A stretch of DNA of 64,000 nt from an uncultured bacterium. GTDB lineage: Bacteria > Fidelibacterota > Marinisomatia > Marinisomatales > UBA1611. Shown piece after piece: positions 11,724 through 20,862 of the stretch (positions are counted from its first letter, which is position 1; each line of letters opens with the position of its first letter). Where the stretch lies: the NCBI GenBank assembly GCA_943788175.1, contig CALSPG010000001.1, positions 192,001-256,000 of the forward strand. The letters run 5' to 3'. Made by a program: the position numbers and the translations under genes. Below the pieces are notes generated by a model. The model saw only the letters and a list, made by a program, of their open reading frames with translations, did no database searches and was not told the origin of the DNA.

Positions 11724-12674
11724 ATGAAAAGAAGAGACTTTTTTAAAACTGGATTAGTTGGTTTTTCATTGCCATCGTTAACGAAAGCTAAATCTGATGT
11801 TAAAAGAAACAAAAAAAAACCTGTTATAATAACTACTCATAATTTTCCAAAAGCGAATGCTGCTGCTGTGAAGGTTTTAAATAAATATGGGGCATCGATG
11901 GATGCAGCAGAAGCAGCATGCATGGCTGTTGAAGCAGATGAAAAAAATAGTAATGCTGGAATAGGTAGTTTGCCGGATGAGGATGGAAGAGTGACATTAG
12001 ATTCATGTGTAATGGATAGTAATGGAAATTGTGGTTCAGTGGCTTTTTTGCAAAACATTGTCCATCCAGTTTCAGTTGCGAGAAAAATTATGGATGACAC
12101 AAAACATGTAATGCTAGTGGGAAAGGGGGCGAAAAAATTTGCTGTTTCTAAGGGTTTTAGACATACTAATTTATTGACAAAAGATTCTCGCAATGCTTGG
12201 ATGAAATGGCAAAAAAATAGAGTGGAAATGACTCCACATGATACGCATGATACTTGTGCTACCTTGATTCAAGATCATAATGGAAATATTTCAGGAGCAT
12301 GTACGACAGGAGGTTGGGCGTATAAAATGCATGGTCGGGTTGGTGATAGTCCACTTATAGGTTCCGGCTTATTTATTGATAACAATGTTGGTGGAGCAGC
12401 TGCCACCGGTTTAGGTGAAGAAGTCATAAAATCCTCTGGTAGTTTTCTAGTCGTAGAATTAATGAGGCAAGGGTATGACCCTGTATCAGCTTGCAATGAA
12501 GCTTTAAACAGAATAATTTCGTCATACAACGGTAATCCTGATTTTCAAATTTGTTATATTGCAATAAGTAAGGACGGGGAGGTAGGTGCTGCATGCCTTA
12601 AATGGGCATTCCCTCATCTTATTACTAAAAGTGGAATAACTAAATTAAAAAGTGTTAAGGGATTATTATCGTAA
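11724..12674 (+). CDS. N(4)-(beta-N-acetylglucosaminyl)-L-asparaginase-like Ntn hydrolase, Tat-exported
   Basis: Tat signal MKRRDFFK; HD-T autocleavage site, GRVGDSPLIG, AAATGLGEE. Confidence 0.8.
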   Translation: MKRRDFFKTGLVGFSLPSLTKAKSDVKRNKKKPVIITTHNFPKANAAAVKVLNKYGASMDAAEAACMAVEADEKNSNAGIGSLPDEDGRVTLDSCVMDSNGNCGSVAFLQNIVHPVSVARKIMDDTKHVMLVGKGAKKFAVSKGFRHTNLLTKDSRNAWMKWQKNRVEMTPHDTHDTCATLIQDHNGNISGACTTGGWAYKMHGRVGDSPLIGSGLFIDNNVGGAAATGLGEEVIKSSGSFLVVELMRQGYDPVSACNEALNRIISSYNGNPDFQICYIAISKDGEVGAACLKWAFPHLITKSGITKLKSVKGLLS

Positions 12675-12684
12675 TAACAAAACT

Positions 12685-13449
12685 ATGTCAAGCATAATTG
12701 AAGAAAATATAATACGAATAGTTAGTCGTTTAGACATTCCTGGCAATGCTGCAAAAATATACCTTTTTCTACTAAAGAATGGACCTTCAACAGCATATGC
12801 TGTAAGCAAAACATCTGGGGTTAATAATGCTGTAGTATATCGAGAATTGGAGCGATTAAAATCTAGAAACCTTGTCTACCAGCTTGGAATAAAACCACTA
12901 AAGTATGAAGCAATAAATAAAGAAGGCCTTTTAAAAACATTAAAGAAACAAAATAAAACTGAAGAAAAGCTCCTAGAAAATTCTTTAAATGAATTATTTA
13001 AAGGTAAAAAGAATTTAATATCAATACGAATTGATGATTATGATGATTTAATGATTGAAATTAAAAAAGAAATTTTTAATGCAAAACAACAGATATTAAT
13101 AAGGTTATGGTCTGAGGAAATGACTGTTTTAGAAAAAGACTTGAGGAATGCAGAAAGCAAAGGAGTAAACATACAACTTCTTTCATTCACTCCCTTGGAA
13201 AAACCCATAGGAGAAACTTTTTCATATAATATTGACCCTCATTCATTTACTGAAAATTGGGAGAGGGGTATTGCTTTATTTGTGGATGAAGAACGTGTTG
13301 TAATTGGAAACAAAATAGGTAAATACCCTATACATGCTATGTTAACAAACGACCCTCTGATTACTGAATCAATTAAAGATCAAATATTGCTTGACGTTGA
13401 GCTCGTTAAGAATAAGAGAGAGATGAGGAAAAAATATGATAAACCTTAG
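12685..13449 (+). CDS. TrmB family transcriptional regulator
   Basis: N-terminal wHTH (AKIYLFLL..GPSTAYAVSK..VYRELERL) plus sugar-binding-type C-terminal domain; ATG 12685 is likelier than 12652. Confidence 0.8.
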   Translation: MSSIIEENIIRIVSRLDIPGNAAKIYLFLLKNGPSTAYAVSKTSGVNNAVVYRELERLKSRNLVYQLGIKPLKYEAINKEGLLKTLKKQNKTEEKLLENSLNELFKGKKNLISIRIDDYDDLMIEIKKEIFNAKQQILIRLWSEEMTVLEKDLRNAESKGVNIQLLSFTPLEKPIGETFSYNIDPHSFTENWERGIALFVDEERVVIGNKIGKYPIHAMLTNDPLITESIKDQILLDVELVKNKREMRKKYDKP

Positions 13450-14447
13450 AAATCTATTTTAAGCTTTTTCAATTTTATGATGAGATGTTCAGCAAATCGT
13501 TTAAAACCGATGTCATTATAATGAACCCCATCAACAGTAGCTTCATTATCTTTGCCTATGCAATCTTCGCTCTCAATTAAATAAATTCTTTTATATCCTA
13601 TATTAATCGCATTTAGAATTTCTTTTTTTAATATATTATTTTTTTCATAAATATTTTCTTCAATATAATCGTCATGACATTCTGGTTGCTCAACAAAAAT
13701 AATAGGTTTATCATTAGAATTTTTACTAGATCTAATTGATTCGATTAGTGGGATGACATTTAACTCGATTGATTTCATATCGACATTTGGCAAGCAATCT
13801 ATAACATAGTAGTTGGTTTTGATGTTTGATAAAATTGATCCAACCGAAGGCTCTAAATGACCATTACCGCTAAATCCGAAATTAATGCAGTTATATTCTG
13901 TTCTCCTGGATATAATATTTGTATACGCTAATCCGGGTCGAGATGCGCAGCCTCCTTGAGTAATACTAGTACCATAAAAGACTATTGTTTTTAAATCTGT
14001 TTTATAGTTTGAAAAATTACAATCATTATTAATCCCAATTTTGAGATCTATTAACGTTACATAGAGAGGAAGGTGCAATCTAAACTTTCTTAATTTACTT
14101 TTTTTATTTTCAAATATTACAGCCTTATTACTTTTTCCTTCCGGAATACCAGTAGAGCGGTAATACCAAGAATTATTCTTGTACTCGTAGAGGTCAAGTC
14201 CTTTGATTCCTGTATTTGGCATATGATTCATTTTAAAATCTGACAAAATTTTCCAATGAACTACTATTTTAGGACTATTTGTTTCGAACATAATACTAAC
14301 GCCAGCTGAATTTTGGGATATCTTCCATAATTCTTGTCGAACTGAATTTTTATATTTATCTGGTATCCTTTGAAAAGGGTATTCTCTAGCTAATTTTGTT
14401 TCAACTAGACCTTGAGCGATAAGGGAATTCGAATTGAAAAATTTCAA
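13446..14447 (-). CDS. SGNH/GDSL hydrolase with GxDLY N-terminal domain
   Basis: GLDLY, YGTSITQG, NFGFSG, DGVH. Confidence 0.85.
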   Translation of the reverse strand: MKFFNSNSLIAQGLVETKLAREYPFQRIPDKYKNSVRQELWKISQNSAGVSIMFETNSPKIVVHWKILSDFKMNHMPNTGIKGLDLYEYKNNSWYYRSTGIPEGKSNKAVIFENKKSKLRKFRLHLPLYVTLIDLKIGINNDCNFSNYKTDLKTIVFYGTSITQGGCASRPGLAYTNIISRRTEYNCINFGFSGNGHLEPSVGSILSNIKTNYYVIDCLPNVDMKSIELNVIPLIESIRSSKNSNDKPIIFVEQPECHDDYIEENIYEKNNILKKEILNAINIGYKRIYLIESEDCIGKDNEATVDGVHYNDIGFKRFAEHLIIKLKKLKIDF

Positions 14448-14448
14448 A

Positions 14449-15216
14449 TTAAATATTTATTGATTTAATAAATGGTTTTAAAATATTAATCCATTTTTGA
14501 TAACCTTGGTCATTCAAGTGCAGACCATCTGTGCTTAAGCTACGCATCATTTCATTGTTGCTATTTAAAAAATGGGAATGGAGGTCTATTATCTCAAAAT
14601 CATTGTATTTCGAAATGATTTCATTTGTTTTATTTATTTGATCATTTATAGATGGATAATCTGAGTATAAAAATTGATAATGAGGTTTTTCATCTAAATA
14701 TTGCTGATTATTTATAGGTAGGATAGTCTGAATATATATTTTTGTTTGCGGTGAACTTTTTTGAATAAATTTTGCAGCAAGAAGAATATTTTTTGCAACA
14801 TACTCAGGTGTTCTTTCGGGCCTGCTTCTATTATCATCAAAAAAGTCATTTATTCCGATTAAGATATATACTGCAATAGGTTTATAAAAAACGATTTCCT
14901 CTAGTCTTAAAAGAATACCATCTGAATAATCACCAGATATCCCACGATTAACAATATTCTCAACATCGAACTTTTCATTCCAACGACGCAAACCGTAAGT
15001 AATACTATTGCCTAGAAACACAATTTTATTTTTACCTATAGGACTATTTTTAAATTCTTTAACTCTATTTTGATAAAATTGCTTTTGCCAGTCTAGTTGA
15101 AATTTTATTACCGTTGTTGAGTCAGGATATAATAATGAGATATCATCACTATTAGAACAATTATAGCTCTGAACAAAGAAAATGAAAGAGATTGTAGTGA
15201 CAATCAGATATTTCAA
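14449..15216 (-). CDS. Secreted SGNH/GDSL esterase
   Basis: FLGNSIT, NRGISGD, GIND, DGLH. Confidence 0.85.
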   Translation of the reverse strand: MKYLIVTTISFIFFVQSYNCSNSDDISLLYPDSTTVIKFQLDWQKQFYQNRVKEFKNSPIGKNKIVFLGNSITYGLRRWNEKFDVENIVNRGISGDYSDGILLRLEEIVFYKPIAVYILIGINDFFDDNRSRPERTPEYVAKNILLAAKFIQKSSPQTKIYIQTILPINNQQYLDEKPHYQFLYSDYPSINDQINKTNEIISKYNDFEIIDLHSHFLNSNNEMMRSLSTDGLHLNDQGYQKWINILKPFIKSINI

Positions 15217-15236
15217 AAGCTAGTTACCGATTGTTG

Positions 15237-18173
15237 CTAGAAAGAATATCGAAAACCAAGGTCAATAGTTCTACCATAATACTGCTCTGTAGCTAAGTTT
15301 TCGCTACCCGCATCTTCAGATGTAATACCTCGATAACGATTCACATCATTTGTTTCTGTTAAGTTACTGGCATTAAAATAGATAGAAAGACCTTTATAAG
15401 GAAGCTCCTGTTTTATCGATAAATCCCATCTCCTGTAAGCGTCTGTAGTTTGTCTTAGTTCAGGCCAAAAATTTGTACTCATAAAAACATCATCATTATA
15501 TAGCATAGATAATCTGCCTGAAAACCCCTTGTAATCATAGCCAATAGATAAATTTATAATTTCATTAGGTTGATCTAGTAATCTATCTGTATAAGTAGTG
15601 TCAATATTATACTTAACAACCTCAAATGGCGCCCAAATTATTTCTTGTTCGATAAAAGTTATTGGGTAATCAACTTCAGACTCCGTAAGAGTATAGTTTG
15701 CATTAAAAACTAGTCCACTTAGTAAACCTGGCAAATACCAAAATCGTGTTTGGTAGTCAATTTCAAATCCGTTCAATAATACATCATTTGAATTATTAAC
15801 AGTATAGTTAAGTATTCTGTAGTCTTGAAAATCACTTGACAAATCAAAGTTTGACGTATCATCAGGAAAAATAATTCTAGAACCACTAGAATAGATTAAG
15901 TCTTTGATATTTTTCTGAAAATAACCAATTGTAAAAAGACCAAGCTTATCTTGATTGAAAGAAATAGAAAAATCTATATTGTTAGATAACCCAGGTTCTA
16001 AGGATTTATTCCTCCAATCCAGTGATTTAGCTTGTCCATTTGCTCTTTGCAGAGGAATAATGTCTGTATAACTAGGCCTAGTCAAAGTATTTGTTTGAGC
16101 ATATCGAATACTTAGCCACGTAGCGGGCCTGTAATTCAAAAATAATGCAGGTAAATAATAAGAATTTTTTCTAGTATAAGATACCGTATCACCTACATAT
16201 ACCCAATGAGCTAAAGCATGGTCCAGTGAATTATTTGAATAGTAAGTTGTTGTGTTTGTTTCTCTTCTGGCTCCAGCAATTATGTTCATTGATGGCCCGA
16301 TATTAACATCTGCCATAAAATAAGAAGCTTCGTATTCTTCCTTACCATTGTAATCATAGATCTGTGAATTTGTTTGATGTATGTGGTGCATAACATATTC
16401 ATCAATTGTTGTATTTGAAGTCAGTTTATTAAAATTTTCTGAAAAATAAGTATACACATCCATCATAAAATCTAAATCAGCAACAGCACCAAAAGAATAC
16501 CGGCCATCAAAAAAGTCATCGCCGTCATAACTATTATCAACAAAAGCTGAAAGGGGTAATCTACCTGGGTTTACAATAAGCGAATCAAGATCATAATGCT
16601 CAATAAGTGCATCTCGTTGCGAAGTAGCGCCAGCTGCTCTACCTACAAGACCATATTCATGCTGTTGATCAAATGTTCTCTTTTTAATTTTCTTCTTATT
16701 ACCAAATTTAAAATTTCCAGATATATAGTCCGAAATCCGAAAATCATATTTTAAATTAAATCCAATAGATTTTTCATCTTCAATGCTATTTTTCAACCAA
16801 TAGTCGTAGCGGGAAAAATCCATATTTCCAGTATCATTTATAGCTATTTCTTGTATGTATTCAATATTTGAATCATATGTATCATCAGAAAATGCAAATT
16901 GCTCTGCAAAATTAAAATCATAATAAGTATCTTTATTTTTAGATTTTGAATAAGATGAATAAGCGTCTAAATGAAAAATATCATAAAGAGTTTGATTGTA
17001 CTTCCATGATTCCGTTAATACACCGATCGTGTTGATACCAGTACTTGAAACCATATACCTATAGTTATCTCCAAGGCCGTAGCTTATTCCATAACGCGTT
17101 ATATCTTTCTCAATCTCACTGTTTAGGTTACTGTAGCTAATATTGCCGTTAGGGATGGCTATATCTATAACTTGCAATAAATTGTTTCTATTATTGATTC
17201 TTGACCAATCATTTAAATTAAAACTAGTTAGCTGGAGAGGGTTAATAGTATCTACCTGTGCGCCAAATAAATAATAACCAGAACCAATTTCATGGGAACT
17301 TCTATCTCTATTTTCTGTGTCTATTTGAGCTAGAACTCCGATTCGATCATTCCAAAAACGTTTGCTTAAATCAAGAACAGTCTTATCATCACCATAGCTA
17401 TTTCTAATACCATTATACATACCTTGAGTAATGATATTTCCATGAAATCCTGGCTTTGCTTTCTTTAATTGAAAATCTACAGTTCCTCCTAGAACGTCAG
17501 CATCTCTATCTGGTGTTCCTGCTTTTATTACTTCAATACCATCAAGCATATACTGCGAAATCATGCTTAGATCTGTACTTCGGTTTTCATTATCAGTAGA
17601 TGCAAGTTTTACTCCGTTAACAGTAATATTATTATATTTTGGAGAAAGTCCTCTAATGATGACCTTGTTTCCTTCGCCGCCTTCTCGACGAATAGACACG
17701 CCCGGAACCCGGCCAACAGTTTCAGCAGCGTTAGCATCGGGTAAATCTTGAATTCTATCTGAAGAAATTATATTTACCAATGATTTAGAATTTAATTGCC
17801 GATTTATCGCATTCATTTGACCTTTTGCTTGGGCAGTAACAAGGACCTCATTACCCTCAATTGTTTTATAAACTAAATTGAAGTCGACAATAATTTCTGT
17901 TGTATCGCTATTTAATAAAAGAGAGTCAGAAAATGTCTCATAACCAATATATGCAGATTTTATCTTGTATGATCCTGCTTTCATATTTTTTAACTCATAA
18001 AATCCATCTTCATTTGTTGCTGATCCAATAGCAGTTTGGTCAATAAAAACATTAGCCCCAACCAATGGGTTGCCATTGTTTTTGTCATATACATGACCAG
18101 AAATAGTGTAATTTGTAGCTATTAACTGCGTGGATGCTAAAAATAAAATATTTATTAAATATCTAATTATCAT
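15237..18173 (-). CDS. TonB-dependent receptor
   Basis: Signal peptide, carboxypeptidase-regulatory-like domain, plug (LPDANAAE..RVPGVS), C-terminal YSF. Confidence 0.92.
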   Translation of the reverse strand: MIIRYLINILFLASTQLIATNYTISGHVYDKNNGNPLVGANVFIDQTAIGSATNEDGFYELKNMKAGSYKIKSAYIGYETFSDSLLLNSDTTEIIVDFNLVYKTIEGNEVLVTAQAKGQMNAINRQLNSKSLVNIISSDRIQDLPDANAAETVGRVPGVSIRREGGEGNKVIIRGLSPKYNNITVNGVKLASTDNENRSTDLSMISQYMLDGIEVIKAGTPDRDADVLGGTVDFQLKKAKPGFHGNIITQGMYNGIRNSYGDDKTVLDLSKRFWNDRIGVLAQIDTENRDRSSHEIGSGYYLFGAQVDTINPLQLTSFNLNDWSRINNRNNLLQVIDIAIPNGNISYSNLNSEIEKDITRYGISYGLGDNYRYMVSSTGINTIGVLTESWKYNQTLYDIFHLDAYSSYSKSKNKDTYYDFNFAEQFAFSDDTYDSNIEYIQEIAINDTGNMDFSRYDYWLKNSIEDEKSIGFNLKYDFRISDYISGNFKFGNKKKIKKRTFDQQHEYGLVGRAAGATSQRDALIEHYDLDSLIVNPGRLPLSAFVDNSYDGDDFFDGRYSFGAVADLDFMMDVYTYFSENFNKLTSNTTIDEYVMHHIHQTNSQIYDYNGKEEYEASYFMADVNIGPSMNIIAGARRETNTTTYYSNNSLDHALAHWVYVGDTVSYTRKNSYYLPALFLNYRPATWLSIRYAQTNTLTRPSYTDIIPLQRANGQAKSLDWRNKSLEPGLSNNIDFSISFNQDKLGLFTIGYFQKNIKDLIYSSGSRIIFPDDTSNFDLSSDFQDYRILNYTVNNSNDVLLNGFEIDYQTRFWYLPGLLSGLVFNANYTLTESEVDYPITFIEQEIIWAPFEVVKYNIDTTYTDRLLDQPNEIINLSIGYDYKGFSGRLSMLYNDDVFMSTNFWPELRQTTDAYRRWDLSIKQELPYKGLSIYFNASNLTETNDVNRYRGITSEDAGSENLATEQYYGRTIDLGFRYSF

Positions 18174-18197
18174 TATATAAACCTTCTTATGTATACA

Positions 18198-18629
18198 TTA
18201 ATTTGTAGTTATCCCGAGATTATTTAATTTATCTTTAAAGTAACCAATTTTATCTGGTCGATTACAATCACTTGGGTTAAATAATTTTGAGGCAAATGTC
18301 CGAAGACATGCATCTCTTATAACTGACCAGTTATCTTGTAAATTTGCAATTCTTTCAACTGCTGCATAATCATTGTTATAATTCTTAAAGTTTTGAAAAC
18401 GCTGCCTAATAGCTAACATATCATTCAGGGTCTTTAGGCCATCTTTGCTACAGTCGCAAACTGAGGATGGTTTGTAGGTTGCCATTGATAAAGAACGTGG
18501 TGCCAGTATCTTTTCTTCTGCATAATTTAATGGTTTGTCGGATTTTACCTGCTTCTTGTCGCCAGTAGAACAAGAGTAAATAAATAAAATAAGGGTAATA
18601 TATACAACTTTAAATAATTTCATTTTCAT
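18198..18629 (-). CDS. Hypothetical lipoprotein with four non-lipobox Cys
   Basis: IYSC lipobox; CDC motif plus two further Cys. Confidence 0.65.
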   Translation of the reverse strand: MKMKLFKVVYITLILFIYSCSTGDKKQVKSDKPLNYAEEKILAPRSLSMATYKPSSVCDCSKDGLKTLNDMLAIRQRFQNFKNYNNDYAAVERIANLQDNWSVIRDACLRTFASKLFNPSDCNRPDKIGYFKDKLNNLGITTN

Positions 18630-18666
18630 AAAAGTTTCTTGTAATAAAATATTAAAAATAGATAAT

Positions 18667-18700
18667 AAAAAAAAGGGGTAGTCAATTAAAACTACCCCTT
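18667..18700 (-). terminator. Rho-independent terminator after the secreted protein gene
   Basis: AAGGGGTAGT/ACTACCCCTT 10-bp stem followed by a T-tract on the minus strand. Confidence 0.85.
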
Positions 18701-18731
18701 CAATTTAAACGGTATAATAACGTTTAAGTTA

Positions 18732-20720
18732 TTACTTCATGAACGCCATCTTCTTCGTAACAGTTGAACTTCCATCTGTTAAAGTATAGAAGTAAATACC
18801 TGTAGAAGCAGATTGACCCATTTCATCAGTTCCATTCCAACGTAACTTGTGAGTACCAGCCAGCTTAACACCGTTAGCTAAAACTTTAACTTTCTGTCCA
18901 AGGACATTAAAAATCGTCAAGTTAACTGTTGAAGCTTGAGCAATACTAAACTCAATCTCAGTTGTTGGATTAAACGGATTCGGATAATTCTGCTTTAGTG
19001 CAAACTCTTTTGGTAAAGCTGTTGAATTATCTGTACCTAATGTAACTAATGACCAACGAGGATCTCCAATTGGGCCACCAGTTGTACTATGCGTAGCAGC
19101 TGTAGAAACAGAGCTATAGCTAGCATTGTAGTGCATAGGCCATTCAATCGTATTCATATTGCCATCATGCTCATATGACCAGTTATTATTAGCGCCAACA
19201 CCTTGAGTAGTTTGATCATCTCTGAAGTCCAATGTTCTTGCGAGCTGTTTTGTTATATACATCTCATCAAGCTGCATTTGTAAGTCAGACCAGTTTAAAA
19301 CTGCATTATTTGTGCTTGTAACACCTATACCGGCAGCGATTGTAGCTAAAGTTGAATCATCAGCCCATACCATCTGCTGAGCAGCGGTTAACATTGTGTC
19401 ATGAACAGTAACAGTAGTAGTACCGCCTGAACCAACATGTACAACGGTATCAGCTGCAGTAGTTACAAATATTGAATCAACACAACCAGAACCATCAGCC
19501 GCGTAAGCAGAAGTGATAGTATCAAAAACAGCTGGCGTAATAGTCATTGAATCCGGTGTAACAGTAGTTACGGTCCAAGACCAAGGATTGTTTGCCATAT
19601 TATTCATAAAGCCAGTTAATGCTGGGCTCCAAACAGCTGCATTGTTGCTCCAATTGATATTTCTATCATTCATATTAACAACTTGACCATCTGACATGAT
19701 ATAAGTACCCGCGGTTACTTGTTGGGTATCAGCAGGTGTGGTAATAGTCGTAGTAATTACACACTGATCTGAAGTATCAATTTGTACCACAGCAGGCGTA
19801 ATATCTTCAAATCCATCTGGGTTTACTATCCCGGCTTTTCTCAATGCCATTTGACCTACTCCGCCTTCCCACCAGACGCCCCATCCTGAAACATCATAGG
19901 TAGACTGACCGTAAGACTTTGTGTTATATAGAAGGTTGTTGGTAACCTGTAGGTTATTCTGTCCACGATACCAAATCATATCCATAACAACATTGGTAAA
20001 TGTGTTATGATCAATGATGCCATGATCAACGTGCTCATAAATTACTAAGGCCTCACCAATCACACCATCAACAGTATTTTGTCTAAATTCTAGTGTGTCA
20101 ATAGTACCCAACCAAGAACCGGCACCCCAGACTACACCACCATAAAACATTCCGCCTGGGCCATTAGTAAAAGCCTTAAAAACGGAATTCGTTATATGGA
20201 AATCTGTATTTTTTCCCAAAGTAAAAAAAGCTAGAAAATTAACATGCGAAACAATACAATTGTTAACGATGATTTTGTTATCGGTTGATGTTGCGCCTGC
20301 AATTTGAAGTGAACCCTCTTCACCAGATGCGTAAGCGTTAAGAATGAGGTTCTCCAACTTCAATTCAGCACCTGCACCCACTAGTGTAAAAAACAGTCCG
20401 TTTTGGTGTCCTAAAGCACCTTCAGCGTTAGCTAGAGGTTGAATGGTAACTGGTTTAACGTCAGCGCTTGCAGGAACTTCACCTATAATGTGAATTGCTT
20501 GGCCGGCATCTACCGGAATATGTTCCGATGTAAGCCATTTTCCGCCTGCGACTGATGGTAAGCTTAGTCTGTAAACGCCAGCTCCACCTGCTGTAATTGC
20601 TGCTTCAAGCTGTCCTGGCTGTGCGGCTGCATCCCAGACTACTTCAGTAGTATCTGCGAACAACGTTACAGAAGAAAAGGTAAGAGCAATTAAGCTATTT
20701 TTTAATAACGATTTTATCAT
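18732..20720 (-). CDS. Secreted beta-helix-like protein with GDPRW motif and FlgD-Ig/T9SS-like C-terminal domain
   Basis: Signal peptide, IDHNTF/VTNNLL beta-helix repeats, PIGDPRW, FALKQNYPNPFNPTT tail; AAGGAG SD. Confidence 0.75.
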   Translation of the reverse strand: MIKSLLKNSLIALTFSSVTLFADTTEVVWDAAAQPGQLEAAITAGGAGVYRLSLPSVAGGKWLTSEHIPVDAGQAIHIIGEVPASADVKPVTIQPLANAEGALGHQNGLFFTLVGAGAELKLENLILNAYASGEEGSLQIAGATSTDNKIIVNNCIVSHVNFLAFFTLGKNTDFHITNSVFKAFTNGPGGMFYGGVVWGAGSWLGTIDTLEFRQNTVDGVIGEALVIYEHVDHGIIDHNTFTNVVMDMIWYRGQNNLQVTNNLLYNTKSYGQSTYDVSGWGVWWEGGVGQMALRKAGIVNPDGFEDITPAVVQIDTSDQCVITTTITTPADTQQVTAGTYIMSDGQVVNMNDRNINWSNNAAVWSPALTGFMNNMANNPWSWTVTTVTPDSMTITPAVFDTITSAYAADGSGCVDSIFVTTAADTVVHVGSGGTTTVTVHDTMLTAAQQMVWADDSTLATIAAGIGVTSTNNAVLNWSDLQMQLDEMYITKQLARTLDFRDDQTTQGVGANNNWSYEHDGNMNTIEWPMHYNASYSSVSTAATHSTTGGPIGDPRWSLVTLGTDNSTALPKEFALKQNYPNPFNPTTEIEFSIAQASTVNLTIFNVLGQKVKVLANGVKLAGTHKLRWNGTDEMGQSASTGIYFYTLTDGSSTVTKKMAFMK

Positions 20721-20749
20721 TCGTTACTCCTTCATGTTGTTTTTTTTAT

Positions 20750-20773
20750 TAGTGTCTTAAACTTAAGATACTA
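20750..20773. promoter_or_regulatory. Inverted repeat TAGTGTCTTAA-AC-TTAAGATACTA, candidate operator
   Basis: 11-bp arms with one mismatch in the divergent intergenic region; shares its core with 11636-11653. Confidence 0.45.
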
Positions 20774-20862
20774 TATATTTATAGCATCTTAAAGATTAAA
20801 TTAATGCTTCTTAACTATGTTCGTCAATACATTTATTAAAACCATAAAAAGTCTAAAATTTT

